The notes below the pieces were generated by a model. That model ran no database searches. It had not been told where the DNA came from and worked only from the letters and a program-made list of their open reading frames with translations. DNA of 63,602 nt, filler included, from Guillardia theta CCMP2712 (Eukaryota > Protista > Cryptophyta), in the NCBI RefSeq assembly GCF_000315625.1. It is 5 parts of 5 records of this genome, joined end to end, with 100 filler letters (N's around TTAATTAATTAA, not from the genome) between each part and the next. Parts side by side here need not be neighbours in the genome. Positions count along the whole stretch, not along the records: positions 1 to 22,045 come from NW_005434530.1; 4 more parts are not named here. One strand, given 5' to 3'. Shown piece after piece: positions 1 to 13,097 of this stretch; within the stretch, counting starts at the first letter, position 1, and every line of letters begins with the position of its first letter. The position numbers and the translations under genes were made by a program.

Positions 1-299
1 AGGAGTTACTTCTCTGTCTTGAGCGAGGAAGACTCTCTTCCCCTGCCAGCCTCTCCTCAGCTCCTGTGATTCCTGAGCTCAAGGCCGGCTTCTTCTCTCT
101 CCTCCCTCACCTCTACCGTAGGACAGGCGGGACTGTCTAAGAGGACCATCCGCAGCCCTCTGGTCATCCTCCTCCTCCCTCCGGATAACTCCCTCTTCTC
201 TCCCTCCCTCTCCTCCCCTTCCTCCGTATCCTCCGCCCTGTCTTCCTCCATATTCATCTTGGTTGTCCTCCTGCTCCCAACCTCCTGCTCCTCCACTGC

Positions 300-404
300 T
301 GGACTCCTCCTGGCTGCCCTCCACGTCGCCTGCTTCCCAGTCAAGATGACGGCAGGTACGGTATGAAGAGAGTTGCAGGAGAAAAGGAGAGGAGGAGAGG
401 GAGA

Positions 405-440
<36 letters not shown>

Positions 441-1265
441 CGAAGTAGGAGGAACAGACGGAGCGGGAGCAGGAGCCAAAGTAGGAGGAACAAAAGGAGC
501 AGGAGCAGGAGCAGGAGGGGAAGGATGAAAAGGGGGAGGAGCAGGAGCAGGAGCAGGAGGAGCAGGAGGCAAGCTGGGCTCACTTTGTATCTCGGCTTCG
601 AGGTCGTTCAAGCTCTTCATGTCGCTCGTACACTCACCAAACCTTCCTCTTCCTCTCCTCGTCAGCGCAGACTCGTCCAGCTCCTTCGCTCACCTCACGA
701 TGTCTCGACCCGTGCAGCCTCCCCCGTCCTTGCTCCTGAACCTCCACGAGATCGACCCGTCACCTGCCCTCCAGTCACTCGCAGCTCCTCCATCGTCCAA
801 CCAGCCCTCCCTGTCTCCCCTCTCCATTCTTCTGTCTGCTGACACTCTCTGCTGACACTCTCTCCTTGCCCCTCGCTCCTCGCTCCCTCCTGCTATCCTG
901 CTTTCCCTTCTTGAGTTTCCCTTCCTTCAGTTGGTCATCTTCCTCTTCTTCCTGTTCCTCAGAACATCGAGACGCCCTCATCAGCGCCCCCCCTCCTCTA
1001 CTTACAAATGAAGTATCCCTTCTCTTCTCCTTTTGCAGGACAGAACACCAAAACCGTCGTCTTGTACACTGAAGACAGTCCAATCAAAAACGCGAAAGAA
1101 CAAAGAAGATGAAGCAGGAGGAAAAGAAAAAGGAAGAGTTCTCTAGAGGAGGGAGTGGAGTAGGAAGGATTATTAGTGAGCAAAACGCATGGAGGAGGTC
1201 TGAATTTGAGAGTGATGATTCAGAGATGAAGGGAGCGGAGCGGAGGAGAAGAAGGACAAGATAGA

Positions 1266-1300
<35 letters not shown>

Positions 1301-1549
1301 CCAGAACCGTCACCCCCTCCCTTCCTCCTCCCTGAGTCACTTTTGAATCATGACGGCGCTGTGCGTGACGAAACCGATCGACTGCTGCGGCTGTTGGAGG
1401 AGAAGAATCAAAATCGACAGGAAGTAAGCCGAAGGGAAACATGGTTGAAAGAGGTGGCAGCGAAAGAAGACAAGGGCGAAGAAGACATGGTGGCGTAGTA
1501 GCAGCAGCAGCAGCAGCAGCAGCAGGAGCAGCAGGAGGACCACGAGCAC

Positions 1550-1594
<45 letters not shown>

Positions 1595-1672
1595 CAGGAC
1601 CAGGAAGACCAGGAGGAGTAGCAGGAGGGCCAGGACGAGGACGAGGTTGAGGACGAGGATGAGGACGAGGTA

Positions 1673-1705
<33 letters not shown>

Positions 1706-2140
1706 GAGGAGGAGGAGGAGGAGGAGGAGGAAGAGGAGGAGGAGCAGGAAGAGGACCAGGAGGAGGAGGAGGACCAGGAAGAGGAGGAGTAGCAGCAGCA
1801 GCAGCAGCAGCAGCGGGCAATTCACCTTGCACTTGTCTCCCTCAGCAGACACTGTCTTGGATCGGATCCTCCAGATGCCTTCGGGGGCGGGCCCGTCGGG
1901 GATGCTGCAAGAAAGCGAGCAAGACCTCAGCTGCGACTGAGGCAGAAGGCGGCGACAAGAGACGTGGAGAGAAGCAGAAGCAGAAGTAGTAGAAGGAGGA
2001 GGAGGAGAACGAGAAGCAGAAGGAGAAGGAGAAGCAGAAGCAGAAGGAGAAGCAGAAGGAGAAGCAGAAGCAGAAGCAGGAGGATGACGAGAAGGAGAAG
2101 GAGGAGTGGGAGGAGAAGGACAAGAACAAGGACAAGGCTT
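300..2140. repeat. Low-complexity purine-rich simple-repeat region ((GCAGGA)n, (GCA)n, (GTA)n, (GGA)n, (GCAGAA)n)
   Basis: Runs of AGGAGC, GCA, GTA, GGA and GAAGCA units are directly visible. The overlapping Pro/Ala-, Leu- and Arg/Ser-rich ORFs are by-products; a real Pro-rich minus-strand gene cannot be excluded. Confidence 0.8.
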
Positions 2141-2299
2141 AAGAAGCAGGAGGGCAAGCAAGAAGCACACAATTTTTCCTTTCTTGCAGCTCACAGCAGC
2201 AGGTAACACGAATATTTCATCACAATACAGAGACGGGAAGACAGGATACAGATACTTTCACAGGAACAAGACATCGTTGACATATCATCATAATGTCAT

Positions 2300-4016
2300 T
2301 TTGTGATGATGTGTGTGCCAACAGGGAGCCATGAACAAATATCTCAAGTCTTGCAACATCACAGTGGCTGCACTCACGCGTCCATGTTCGCATCCCAAGT
2401 CTCGTCGCAAGTCGACTTGCCTGGCGATGGTCTTAGTCAGAGACATTGAGACACAATAAGGCAAGGAATGTGATCAGGTCATGGCAGTGAGAACAACAAG
2501 CCGAACATCTGCAGGTGGTTCTACAAGCTCCAAGATCTTACCAGGAGTTCCAACGAACTGATCTGCTCCGTTGCAGTACATTTCACCATCGTTGCTGGTC
2601 CAGTTCCACACTTGCGTCCCTGCGTCAAAGGTTCAGCCAAGATCGAGATATGCAGCAGGGAGGGAGGGTAGTGGAGGAGGAAGAGGATGTCGAAGAGGAG
2701 GAAGAGGTGGTGGCGAAAGGGGGGAGGAGAAGAAAGAGAAGAAAGAGAAGAAAGAGACGGAGAGGAAGGAGCAGCAAGAGCAGCAGGAGCAGCGGGCAGG
2801 CCTCCACCTTCAAACTTGTTCCCAGAGATCCTGTAGGTAGCCTCCACAACATTCATGACACCGTCGAATGATTTGAAACTGCGGGCAGCGTCAGAGGGCA
2901 GAATTTCACCCTAGGTCATGAAATTCCTGTACTGCGGCACGACAGCGAGCATTCCAGTCCCGTCGCTGTTCACCTTGACAGCAAGTTGTCAGCTGCCACA
3001 ACGCCTTGGACAAATACGAAGGAAGGAAGGACGGAAGGATGGATGGATGGATGTGATGAACGAACGAACAAACAAACAAACAAACAAACAAACGATTGAA
3101 CGAAAGAGTAAAAGTCATCATCGATCATGTCGAATAACAAACAAGACATCACAGTCATGGAATATCCTCGTCAAGATCCACAGAGCTCCCTCCTCCTCAC
3201 CTGGACAGCCGCCTGCTGCTCTATCGGCTTGTTCTCAGAGTCGTCCAAGTTTGCGCATTTCCAGTTCAGCTGGAATATGCATCCAGTCGAGCGAGGACGA
3301 CAGTCCGTACCCTTGATGCTGCAGATTCAGCAAAGCCGCATTCAGCAACGGATCGCTCACCCTCACTGCATTGATCACCAGACCCATCTCTATCTGGAAT
3401 AACATGCTGTTAGTTGCCTGGCGATCAAATGGCCCATGACCAACTTCGTCATCAGCTTGTATGTCCAGCCAATCTCTCCCGCAGCCTGCGTACCCATGGG
3501 CGCCATTCAGATGAGACATCGAGATTCCCGGGCACAAGGATTGAGGAAAGGAGAGAGTGAGAGGGGCAGATTGTAGCAGATTGTCTTCATGGCACCTCGT
3601 CCATTTGCTCGAGATACGATCTTATTCAGCTTCCAGTCACCCTACAAAGAGCTTTCTTAGCTAGCAACTACCTTCCTCTTCGAAAGTCGCAGCATAAGTG
3701 CAACGCAGATCGGGTGCTAGTACAACACGCAGGTATCGTCCATCGTATCACATCCCATCATCCATCATGTTTCCTCAACAATTTTGTTCATGTAGCGTCG
3801 CGCGCCAGACGCATCGTTAGTGCCCCTTCACCCCGACACAAACGAAAAGACAGCACGCTTCCATCATGGCAGCGGCAAACAAGGAGCCATGGAAGGGCAG
3901 GCCACATCCCCGTGTTCGCGTCGTACCTGTCCTCCTACAAGCGCGTCGCCATCCTGATCCCTCGAAGCCATAGCGGCCGTCGCCATCACCACCAGCAGGA
4001 ACCCCAGCCGCGCCAT
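2300..4016 (-). CDS. Probable multi-exon secreted protein of unknown function (3' boundary approximate)
   Basis: ATG at 4016 starts a signal-peptide-like stretch (MARLGFLLVVMATAAMAS). Several non-repetitive minus-strand coding-like segments follow (3235-3537, 2521-2856), separated by short intron-like sequences. Confidence 0.35.
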
Positions 4017-4661
4017 CGTGGATCTCTCTCTGGGGGTAGGGGGTGATAAAAGTAGCAAGGACGGGTGGTGGCTAATGTTTTTGATAGCTGGTGGAAGCAG
4101 GGTAGTCACAAGAAAAGTCTAGAAGTACCGGGTAGTTTACCAATAGAAATTGAGAGATTTTGGAGGTAGGGTGTAAACGGGCTAACCTCAGGAAAATATA
4201 AAGGCAGCGACTTGATTATAGTGATATGTGTTGAGATTCAAGGGCAGCAATCAGAAAAAACCGACATGTTCGAACCCTTGCAACGGGTGAGGGAGAGGAG
4301 CGGTAAGAGATAGGAAGGAGCAAGAAGGGCCTGACAGATAGCAGAAGAATCAGCATAGCATAATCAGGAGTAGATCAGTTGAAGTCAAACACAAATCATT
4401 GTGGTTTGAACGTATTGTTCGTAAGTAAAATAAATATGTTTGCGTTTTTGTATCAACCGGGCTCTTCTTGGTCTACGTAAAGCTAGATCATGAAGCTGTA
4501 TCAAGCGGAATGGACAAGCTACAATAGAAAAAAAAACGCTTGTTTCAAACAGACAAGATTTATTGCACTTGGTAAGATTGAATAAAAACAATAAATTACT
4601 CTACAAGGAATCCAAGGGAAAGATCCTTAACAAGTGGATCCTCCTGGTAACAAATCTATAG

Positions 4662-4970
4662 CTATAAGCTACTCCTCATGTCAGAGGAGACTTTTGTCAC
4701 TCCACTCAAGGCAGCAAGTACGGCAAAAGACGCTGAGACAGCTGCGAATGTCGAGATCTCGTCATCATTGTGCCTCGATACCGACTTATGCTTCATTGGC
4801 TGCGCGAGTTTCTTTGCGCGAGTCTCGCCAAGCAGGTTGCTTCTTGATCCGAGATCATTGCTGGCAACCTTGGGTCTTGCAGCCATGGTTCTGTTTGCCC
4901 ATGATGATGCCTGGCGGGCACCCTTCAAACCAAGGCTTGCGCTTTTTGATGCAAAAATTGCTGAAGACAT
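4662..4970 (-). CDS. Small hypothetical protein, possibly organelle-targeted
   Basis: 102-aa ATG-initiated ORF with a Ser/Ala/Arg/Lys-rich, acid-poor N-terminus and a hydrophobic patch near the C-terminus. Confidence 0.35.
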   Translation of the reverse strand: MSSAIFASKSASLGLKGARQASSWANRTMAARPKVASNDLGSRSNLLGETRAKKLAQPMKHKSVSRHNDDEISTFAAVSASFAVLAALSGVTKVSSDMRSSL

Positions 4971-7900
4971 GATGATGGGAAGACAAGAGAGGTTTTGGTT
5001 CGAGCTCGAATGAGTAATGTACGATCAGCAGAAGACCAGAGTCACAGAAGACAAGCGAGTGTTGGGTTTTAACAGCGCTTGTAGCTTGCTTTGACGATCA
5101 GCAGTAGTGATCCTCACGCGGGGGACTATGAGGGGCAACCAGACGCAAGGAGCTTGTATTTAAAGGGGAAAGGGCAGGGGGCTCCGTGGGGGTGGGGGTG
5201 TGCGAGCCAGTGGGGGGGCGGGGTGGGGGCGAGAGACTACTTTTGGATTGCTGCACTGGGTGGGGTAGGTGGCCTTCAGAATGTGGGTTGGGGTACTACA
5301 TTTTCTCGTGGGTTCGAACATCCACTGTGGTAGGTTATGGAACATTGAAGGTGGGTAGTACCAATAGGGAAGAAGGGGTAGTCAACTCAACCAAACTGGT
5401 TCGAACGGTTTGTGGAGGAGAAGAGGCTCTGAAGAACTAAGGTGTGGAGTAGAGGCAAATCAATTAGACCATTAATATGAAATCTCTATGGTACAGTAAA
5501 TGTGTGAATAGCCACCTTGACTCTCAGTGCACCCTTCCCCGCACGCGAAACGGTGAAGCACCCCCTACCCACTGGGACGAGATGGGTGAAGTTAAAAAAA
5601 CAGACTTGGGGAGGTGGGGTGGGGTAGGGTGACATAGGAGAAAATGGGGGTAAGCTGGAAGGAGGGTGGGTGCTGTTTCGGACAGAGAGGGTGGGGGGAT
5701 GGGGTGAGCGCCCTGCTCGTGCATGTCAGGGGTTGCCTTAATTTCATTCTATCCTTAGCTGGCACACTCTAATTCGGTAAAGAATAAAATTGGAAGGTCA
5801 TATGCGAAGATTGAGGATTTATCTTGAAACTATCTAATGAAACAACAGCATGTCGTCCTGATGAGAAGAAACGGCTGAGAGAAACGGGAATATTCGGCAA
5901 GGGACACGCCAACAATTTATGGGTCATGGTTATGTATTTTTAGAGTGGATTTCAAGGGATACCCTAAGATGTGTAGTAAATATCCTCCACCCCTTTTGGA
6001 TCGTACGTAGCTTGGGTAAAGTGAACGGTGGTGTAGTTGACCCTACCTATGTCAGTCCCAGTCAATTTCCACGGTCCAAGGGGGTGCCTGTAGAGCGGTA
6101 CGACCCCACCCAGTTCGTAAGGGATGTTTAGACCAGGAGAGGTCGGAGGGATTATTGAAGTTAGGGGGTAGGGTAAGGGTACTTTGATAGGGTGCACAGA
6201 AGTAAAATGACCTGGGGGTGCTGTGGGACAAGAAGGACTTGGGGAAGGGAAGGACCCCGAATGCATTGGGATTTCAAGGTTAGATAAGGTGGTCTACATG
6301 AAACATTTATTGAGTGGAGATCTAATTAAAAATGAATAACATATTTACATTTGCACTTGAGGTCTTCCCATCCAACCAAACAATCGGCGTTGCTGAGCTG
6401 TGCAAATATTATCTTGGTTCGTGGGGAGGGGGTTATCCAGAAAAAAGTCGAAAGTGGGGTGGGGTGGCTAAGATGACCGGTGGTATATGTGCATTCCCCG
6501 ACCTTTCTCCCCAGAAAGCGGGTGCGGTTTGAGTCCACCCACCCAACTCAGCATGAAATTGATCTTTTTCGGGGTGGGGGTACACAACGTACCCCTTCTG
6601 CACGAAGGGATTTAAACCTTGTGAGTACCCCTCCCCTCCAGCCAAAGAGCAGGGAATTTGGGTGTGGGGTACATTTGTGAGGCCGGTTAACACGGAGACT
6701 CTCTGTTACACCGGCCACGAGGGATGCGTCCAGATAACAGCTGCGGGGACCCGTGGTATAAGGAAATGCGGAAGGGAAAAGAGGGGTACTTTTAGGACTA
6801 CTGGGTAATGGAGGCCGTGGTTGGGGTTCTTTTTTTTCGATTTTTTTGGACCAGAGGGATAAAGATATCCTGAGGCAAGCTCGATCAATGAGGACTGTTT
6901 GACTTGGTCAAATTTGACCGGGTCTAACTAACTAACTAACTAAAACTAATAATAACCCGCTGGTCAAACAAAGATCCTGTCCACAGGCATGATGAAGGGA
7001 GTTGGAGTGGACAGAACAGGAGCCCTGGGAACGAGGAAGGGAGGAGAAAGAGATGGTTATACGATGCAAAGATAGCATTCCAGCCTGTTTGATCGCTTTC
7101 TGTATGACATCTGCGTACAGTACGAAGCCGACAATTATGGCAGGAAGGACCAAACAGAAAGAATGTCGTATGTATAGCTAGAGAAAGGAGTTTTCTGAAT
7201 GCGGTTTAAAACTATAGCATTTCTACAACAATGAGTGCACGGGTAAAAGAAGGTTGTGCCTTCCATGGATATGGCTAGGGAGCGAATGAACGTATCAAGA
7301 CATTGTCTGTATCATACTGAGGAGATATCTTGTCTTTGTGCTCAGGTATGCATCTTAGTTCCCTACATGGGGGTAATTTGGAAGAGGCATCGGGAAACAC
7401 CAAAGGGGTAAGACAACAAGAAAAGGGCCTGGTAACATGAGCTGAGAATGGAGGAAGATGGAAATGAACATGCAGACATGAATGTTTTGAATTTCGTACA
7501 ACGAAGGTAATGCAACAGCATGTCCCGAGAGAATTTCTAGATGATCTCGAATGCTGCTCGTTTCTAGTGGGAAACGAAGGTAGAAGAGATCGATCATGAT
7601 AGTGTTTTGAGATGAAACAGAAAAGGGGGGGAAACATACAATAAGGAATTGTTTGAAGCATAAAGTTTTGACCGTGACGATGCAAAGCAAACTACCTTGA
7701 TAGCAATCTTCGGGAAGAAGTATGCAAAAGCAAAAGGAGAAAATCCTGCTTCTGCATCCCTTTTCTCACGTGATGTTGTGTTCAACTCGTCTACTGATGA
7801 ATTGCGGTGTGTTTGCTCTGTTTTTCGGGAGGGGCCCAAATCTTCATGATTCTCAATAAAAATTAATATACCAATGGATTGTCATCTCCATACGATGTTT

Positions 7901-8218
7901 CTATCTTCATATAAATTCAATTGAGAAAATTGTATGAGTTTGCAAAGGACCTCTGGTGAATTTGAGAAAGCTGATGAACAAAGCCAGTGTGAAAAGGGAT
8001 ACTTTGATGGGCCTTGCTTGTCTAAATTATTTATGGCATCAAGTGTATTGAGAACTATGCTATCTTTGAGGTAGATTCAAGAAACAAAGAAGAAATTGAC
8101 AACTGTTGGGGTGTGGGGGGCATTTTTCACTTGAATGAGTATCATTTTGAGACGAAAAGAGCAAAAGGGAATTGATTTCTCAGAGCTTTATTTACATGCG
8201 TCCTATGAATTGCAACAA

Positions 8219-8548
8219 TTACTTGATGCCAACTCTCATGACCTTGAAGGTCTGACCAAAGTACGGGCGTAGCATCTTTTTCTTATCAAAGACGTTTCTT
8301 GACGACGAGAATCGTGGCCACCTTCGCTGAGGCATCTCTCTCCGAATCTCTATGTCGAAGTCTTCAAGATCGTCGTCCTCAAAGAGCCAGACAGCTGCAT
8401 CTCTGACGTATCGAGCAATGAACATGAAGACTGCGAGGGCGAACACGACCTGGAGCCGAAACTTTGCGGGAACATTGCGATCGTCTTGCTCCTCAGGCTC
8501 CGGCGATGCTGACACTTGAATTTGCCAATCGTGAGAGGATGAGCTCAT
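8219..8548 (-). CDS. Small membrane protein, FGQTFKV family, divergent member
   Basis: MSSSSHDW start, hydrophobic segment, WLFEDDD, and C-terminal FDKKKMLRPYFGQTFKVMRVG, matching paralogues at 11.7-18.2 kb. Confidence 0.7.
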   Translation of the reverse strand: MSSSSHDWQIQVSASPEPEEQDDRNVPAKFRLQVVFALAVFMFIARYVRDAAVWLFEDDDLEDFDIEIRREMPQRRWPRFSSSRNVFDKKKMLRPYFGQTFKVMRVGIK

Positions 8549-8584
8549 TTGAAAGAAGGATGTGCGAGCTGAAACAATGGTTTG

Positions 8585-8697
8585 AGGAGAACGAAGAGAA
8601 CGAGGAGGACGAGGAGAACAAGGAGAACGAGGAGAACGAGGAGAACGAGGAGAACGAGGAGAACAAGGAGAACAAGGAGAACGAGGAGAACGAGGAG
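8585..8697. repeat. 9-bp minisatellite (GAGAACGAG)n
   Basis: Tandem GAGGAGAAC/AAGGAGAAC units are directly visible. Confidence 0.85.
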
Positions 8698-9590
8698 CGT
8701 GAGAGGGCGGGGTTGGGTTGTACTGTGGACTCCAGTTGAAGGCGAAGGCATTTAACTTACCCATCCCTAGCGAAAACTTGTATTTTCGTGACAATTTGGT
8801 TTTCGTATCGCCTGCTGACATGTCATCCATGCGTTGATCGTGTGGTAACACAGTATCCTCGTGACTACTGACATTGAGATAAGAGCAGTTATACCAAACT
8901 GAATTGGGCTGCCTGCCGAAAAGATGTAGTTTAAAGACGGGGGGTTTCTATCCTCGTGACTGTGACCAGCTGAAGAAGTTTACTCATCAGAGATAAAACG
9001 TTATTAAGACCTACTGGGTAGTATCAGAGGATTCGCAGTGACATCAGCAAGTCTGTTGAGATCAGCGTTGAGATCGAAGGCTGGCCGTTCAACTGATGTA
9101 ACCGGCGGCTCGTCATCAACTCAGAGGTCCGGGCCCGACCGTCGGCCCGGGCGATGGCCACTTGAGGACAGTGACTGTCACGGGCCCGGGTGGAACCGTG
9201 ACTGCTGACTCTGTTGCTCCCATTGAAACAAATTCCTTTCAAATTAAGTGTCTGACAGATGCCGGACACGAGCATAAGGTCTTGTCCGGCAGGGAGGGCA
9301 AAGTTGAGTAAATATTTTGTCCTGCATCTTCAATGAATGCCAAATAATACCTTTGGAAAGCAGGGCATGATTTTACTAGGGTACTTGAAGTATTTAGTAG
9401 GGGTAGCATAAAAATTATGCTACTTATAACAATTCTTATATAACAGATGCCGGACAAACCAATTAGTGCATTAGTTTTACTCAACTTTGGAACCTCTAAT
9501 TGCTCCTACCCCCTTGCCCTGCTGTCCGATCTTATAGAAATGTGTGGCCCCACCACCCCACCCCCTTCCACAAACAGCTTCGCGCCATTC

Positions 9591-11100
9591 ATGGCTTCTT
9601 CACACACATGCTTGTTTGGCAATCAATGCAAGGTACATGATGAAAGCATTCGATTGTATCAATGCTGAAGATGCAAGCCTGATGTGCCATCATCTTTGCG
9701 TGAATGAATATGTTGATTCGGAAGGATACACCAGCTGTGAGTGTGAGCAACGTGGGAAAACAGCCATTCCATCAATTCCTCAAGATGCACTTGCTTGCAA
9801 GAAGTCATGTAGAAGGATCTAATCATGGCACAGAGTGGATGATGATGATGATGATGTGATTTTGATGATGCTGAGGAGGTGGTGGTGGTGGAGCACGAGC
9901 TGGAGCACATGCAACAGGACGAGGACGAGGAGAGGACGAGGACCGTACGGAGAAGAAGGGTGCCTTTGGGGAATGTGAAGAAGAAGAGCAAGATGTAAGT
10001 GGACAGATAGAATCAGTAAGTGGAATCTGTAAGAGATTGGATGGGAAAGAGATTGGATCTGTAAGAGATTGGTCAACCCGAAGACCTCCTCTTGGAATTC
10101 TGTAAGCCAACTGATTACTTGTGTGAGAAGAGAGCATGTTGCTTGTCAGCTTCGGAGTTGAGCACGAAATCGCAGTCCAACCCCTGAGAAGATCAAGAGT
10201 TGCTGGCAAGACGGGGGTTGGTTTCTTTGTACATGAGGAAATGCTCGCACCAGCAAATGTCTTCGTTGCTGATAATGAAGCAAAAAGCTACTTGAAGTTT
10301 CAGTCAAACATGTCTCTAAGGTCTGGCGTCAGGCATGTTTACAGAAGGAACAACCACTCAAAGACTTTCGGTGGAAGATTGATACAACCATATATTGGAG
10401 TCCTACAAAGGTCTTCATAGATGAGGCGGCAGATGGTGTCACGAAACTCAGCTCGGGAAAGGATGCAAATCCGTTGACGGAAGAGAATTACATATGCATC
10501 TGCATAGGCATAAGAAGATAGGATCGTGGGCAGCCTGACATATGTCACATTGAGTTGGGATGTCATCTGTAGATCCGTGAATACGGTTCAGATCCTGCTG
10601 CATGCAACACATCTGATGGCAAGATGATCATATGTTCGTTGGTGTTCCGAGCCTGGAGGATTTGAAACGCAACATTGCAGAAAACAACGATTCAGTCGCA
10701 GGCATGCTGAAGGAGATCCCGGAGATAGGGCAACATGCGACAGAACACCAGGAACAGGAAGAGGAACCTGACCTCGGAGACGTAAAAGCTGGCGCACTGC
10801 TGAATCGGAGCACTGTACAGTGTGTCAATGGCGATCGAGCTGGCGTTCGTCACACTGTGACTCAGACTGATCAAGCTGATCTGAAAACGATTCGAATTTC
10901 TGGTGAAGCGAAATGTTTCAACAGTGCATGGAATCTGTATCACTCTGGCAAACATGCCAAAGGGATACCTCCTTCGGAGAAACTGCAACGAGCAAATTTT
11001 AACAGAGCATGAAGCAAATGGTTTGCAGGCATAGCTTATCTCATGAAGTGCTTTGACCAATTCATCCGGCGAAGTGTAATGGAACTGAATTCCTTCTTTT
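9591..11100 (+). pseudogene. Decayed Crypton-like element remnant
   Basis: MASSHTCLFGNQC...QC*RC...CHHLC parallels the N-terminal zinc finger of the Crypton at 42476 (STCLFGPDC...CRSC...FHILC). An acidic tract follows. AWNLYHSG...IPPSEKL (10632-11012) resembles the Crypton C-terminal WWNIG...IRPFKYL region. Stops and frameshifts are present. Confidence 0.4.
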
Positions 11101-11762
11101 TTATAGTCGGTGAGAATCTTTGATGTTTTTAAGGCCGAGATGAAACATTCAAGAAATATCCAAAGGATTTCATCTCGTGGCTCAATCAGAGAGAAGGGGC
11201 AGAGAGCTCAAGTGATAGGAGTGGGCAGTTTGCACAGGCAACGTACTTCAAGAAAATGCGAAAGAAAGAAGCAACGCGACTAGATGAGATCAGGTGGTCG
11301 TTCGAAATGCGAATGATAACGAGACTGATGGCTTAGATTTTGCCTGTAATTGGATGGTTTAAGGTTTGCAAAACATATAATTCATTGTCAAGTGACAGTG
11401 AGTGATATCATAAGTTGTAATAAACACAAGTTGCTCTGGTAAATCTTGTGAAACCTCGTTAGACGTTGCTCAGTTCTGGGTCAAGCAGCGAGATGGAGCT
11501 CAGAAATTTGGCTAAGTGTTTTTGAGTCTTGGACCTCTGAGGCGGGTGTGTAAGTGTTTGAGGGTAGGGAGGGTGGGTGGGTGAGGTCCTAAACTGGTCT
11601 TTGGGTGGGGTAGGGGTCATATTCGGAAGAAGTTTATGTGAATGAGCACTAAACCTCTCAAAAAACTACAAAAGTGTATATATTTGTCCGGACTATATCT
11701 TACACCTCTAAATTGTTCCCCCATTCTGAGGTAGAGAGTCTGCCGCCGTATGCCCCCCCACC

Positions 11763-12185
11763 ATGCTGCGCACACCCCTCAACTCCTCCTGCCTCCCTCC
11801 CGCTCATGCCTCCCCCTCCCTCCTCCTCGACTCGCACACCCTCGCCTCCCTCCTCTCAGACTCCGAGCTGGACCTCGCCCTCCTCAAAGTACTCCTCGGC
11901 TCGTCATGGTCCGACCTCCTCGTCACGCTCCTTCTCGTCGCCATCGTATGCAGGCGCCTCGCTGAGACGGTCGGGGAGCTGCTGCTGGACGACGAGGACA
12001 AGGACGATGATAGTGACAACGCCAGCTCCAGCGACATCGACGCCATCGGCTGCCGCAGCGCCCTCGCCCGCCTCACCGACCTCAAGTCAGGATCCCCTCG
12101 ATACGTCGGAGGCTTCGACAAGCTTAAGATGCTGGAGCCTCACTTCGGGCAGACGTTCAAGGTGCCCCGGGTAGGCGTCAGGTAG
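11763..12185 (+). CDS. Small membrane protein, FGQTFKV family (subtype B)
   Basis: 140-aa ORF with hydrophobic LLVTLLLVAIV, acidic LLLDDEDKDDD, and C-terminal GGFDKLKMLEPHFGQTFKVPRVGVR. Confidence 0.7.
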   Translation: MLRTPLNSSCLPPAHASPSLLLDSHTLASLLSDSELDLALLKVLLGSSWSDLLVTLLLVAIVCRRLAETVGELLLDDEDKDDDSDNASSSDIDAIGCRSALARLTDLKSGSPRYVGGFDKLKMLEPHFGQTFKVPRVGVR

Positions 12186-12868
12186 CCGCGACGAGGACGC
12201 AAGCACGCCCGAGGCTCTGTAGACTACTAAGACTTGTAAATAGCGTGGAGAAGACCGAGGACCTAAATACAAACATGGCATTCTGTGAAGATGATTTTTG
12301 TCCAGGGAGCGAGAGGGAGGGGGTACTGCGGTGAAGTAACTCTGTGAGCTGAGGCAGGAACGAGGAGAGGGAGGAGGAGGAGGAGGAGGACGAGGACTCA
12401 GGAGGAGAGGGGGGAGGAGGACGAGGACTCCCGGGAGGAAGAGGACTCGAAGAGGAGGAGGAGGAGAGATAGAGAGCAAGATTATGTGATCGGACACTGA
12501 CTGATGCCTGGATTGATGCCCGGCACTGGCGGTCGGCCGGGCGGTGTGTCCGGGCCACAGCCCCGGCGGCTTTCTTCTTTGCCTCAAAGTTAAGTTAAAA
12601 ATCAGTGCGAGGACAAGCTTTCAGTCCGGCGTCAAGTCCCGGAGTCCGGTCAGACCGTGGCACCGACGAAGTCCAAGCCGCCGCTCCGACTGAACTTAAC
12701 TTTGACTAAAGATGAAGGCTCGGTACAAAATCGAACTCGCCGTAGCGTGACGGCTGACTGACTGGTAAAGACTGGCCGGATCGCCGGACCCCGCGCCGGG
12801 CCGCCGGGGCCAGTGACCCCCCGCGCCTTCTGACTGGACCGACTCGAAAATTTGACTAAAATCTCCCC

Positions 12869-13097
12869 GAGGACAAGGACGATGACTTCATAGTGACAAC
12901 GCCAGCTCCAGCGACATCGACGCCAGCGACGTCGACGCCATCGGCTGCCGCAGCGCCCACGCCCGCCTCACCGACCTCAAGTCAGGATGGGGCCTCTCGA
13001 TACGTCGGAGGCTTCGACAAGCCTTGAAGCTTAAGATACTGCTGGAGCCGTACTTCGGGCCCAGACGTTCAAGGTGCCCCGGGTAGGCGTCAGGTAG
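12869..13097 (+). pseudogene. 5'-truncated, frameshifted copy of the subtype B gene
   Basis: Near-identical to 11993-12185 but with several small indels; similarity continues through the 3' flank to ~13320. Confidence 0.8.

Noticed and set aside
1439-1450. ACATGGTTGAAA shared with ~61319-61330 (LFQPC on the minus strand)
   Set aside because: A 12-bp match in purine-rich context is too short to establish homology.
57-2209. Long Pro/Ala-, poly-Leu- and Arg/Ser-rich ORFs (likewise 20372-21421 and 31862-32689)
   Set aside because: Open in several frames because of microsatellites; no domain evidence.
7000-8100. Fragmentary minus-strand ORFs
   Set aside because: No recognisable motif; may be decayed coding sequence but cannot be assigned.
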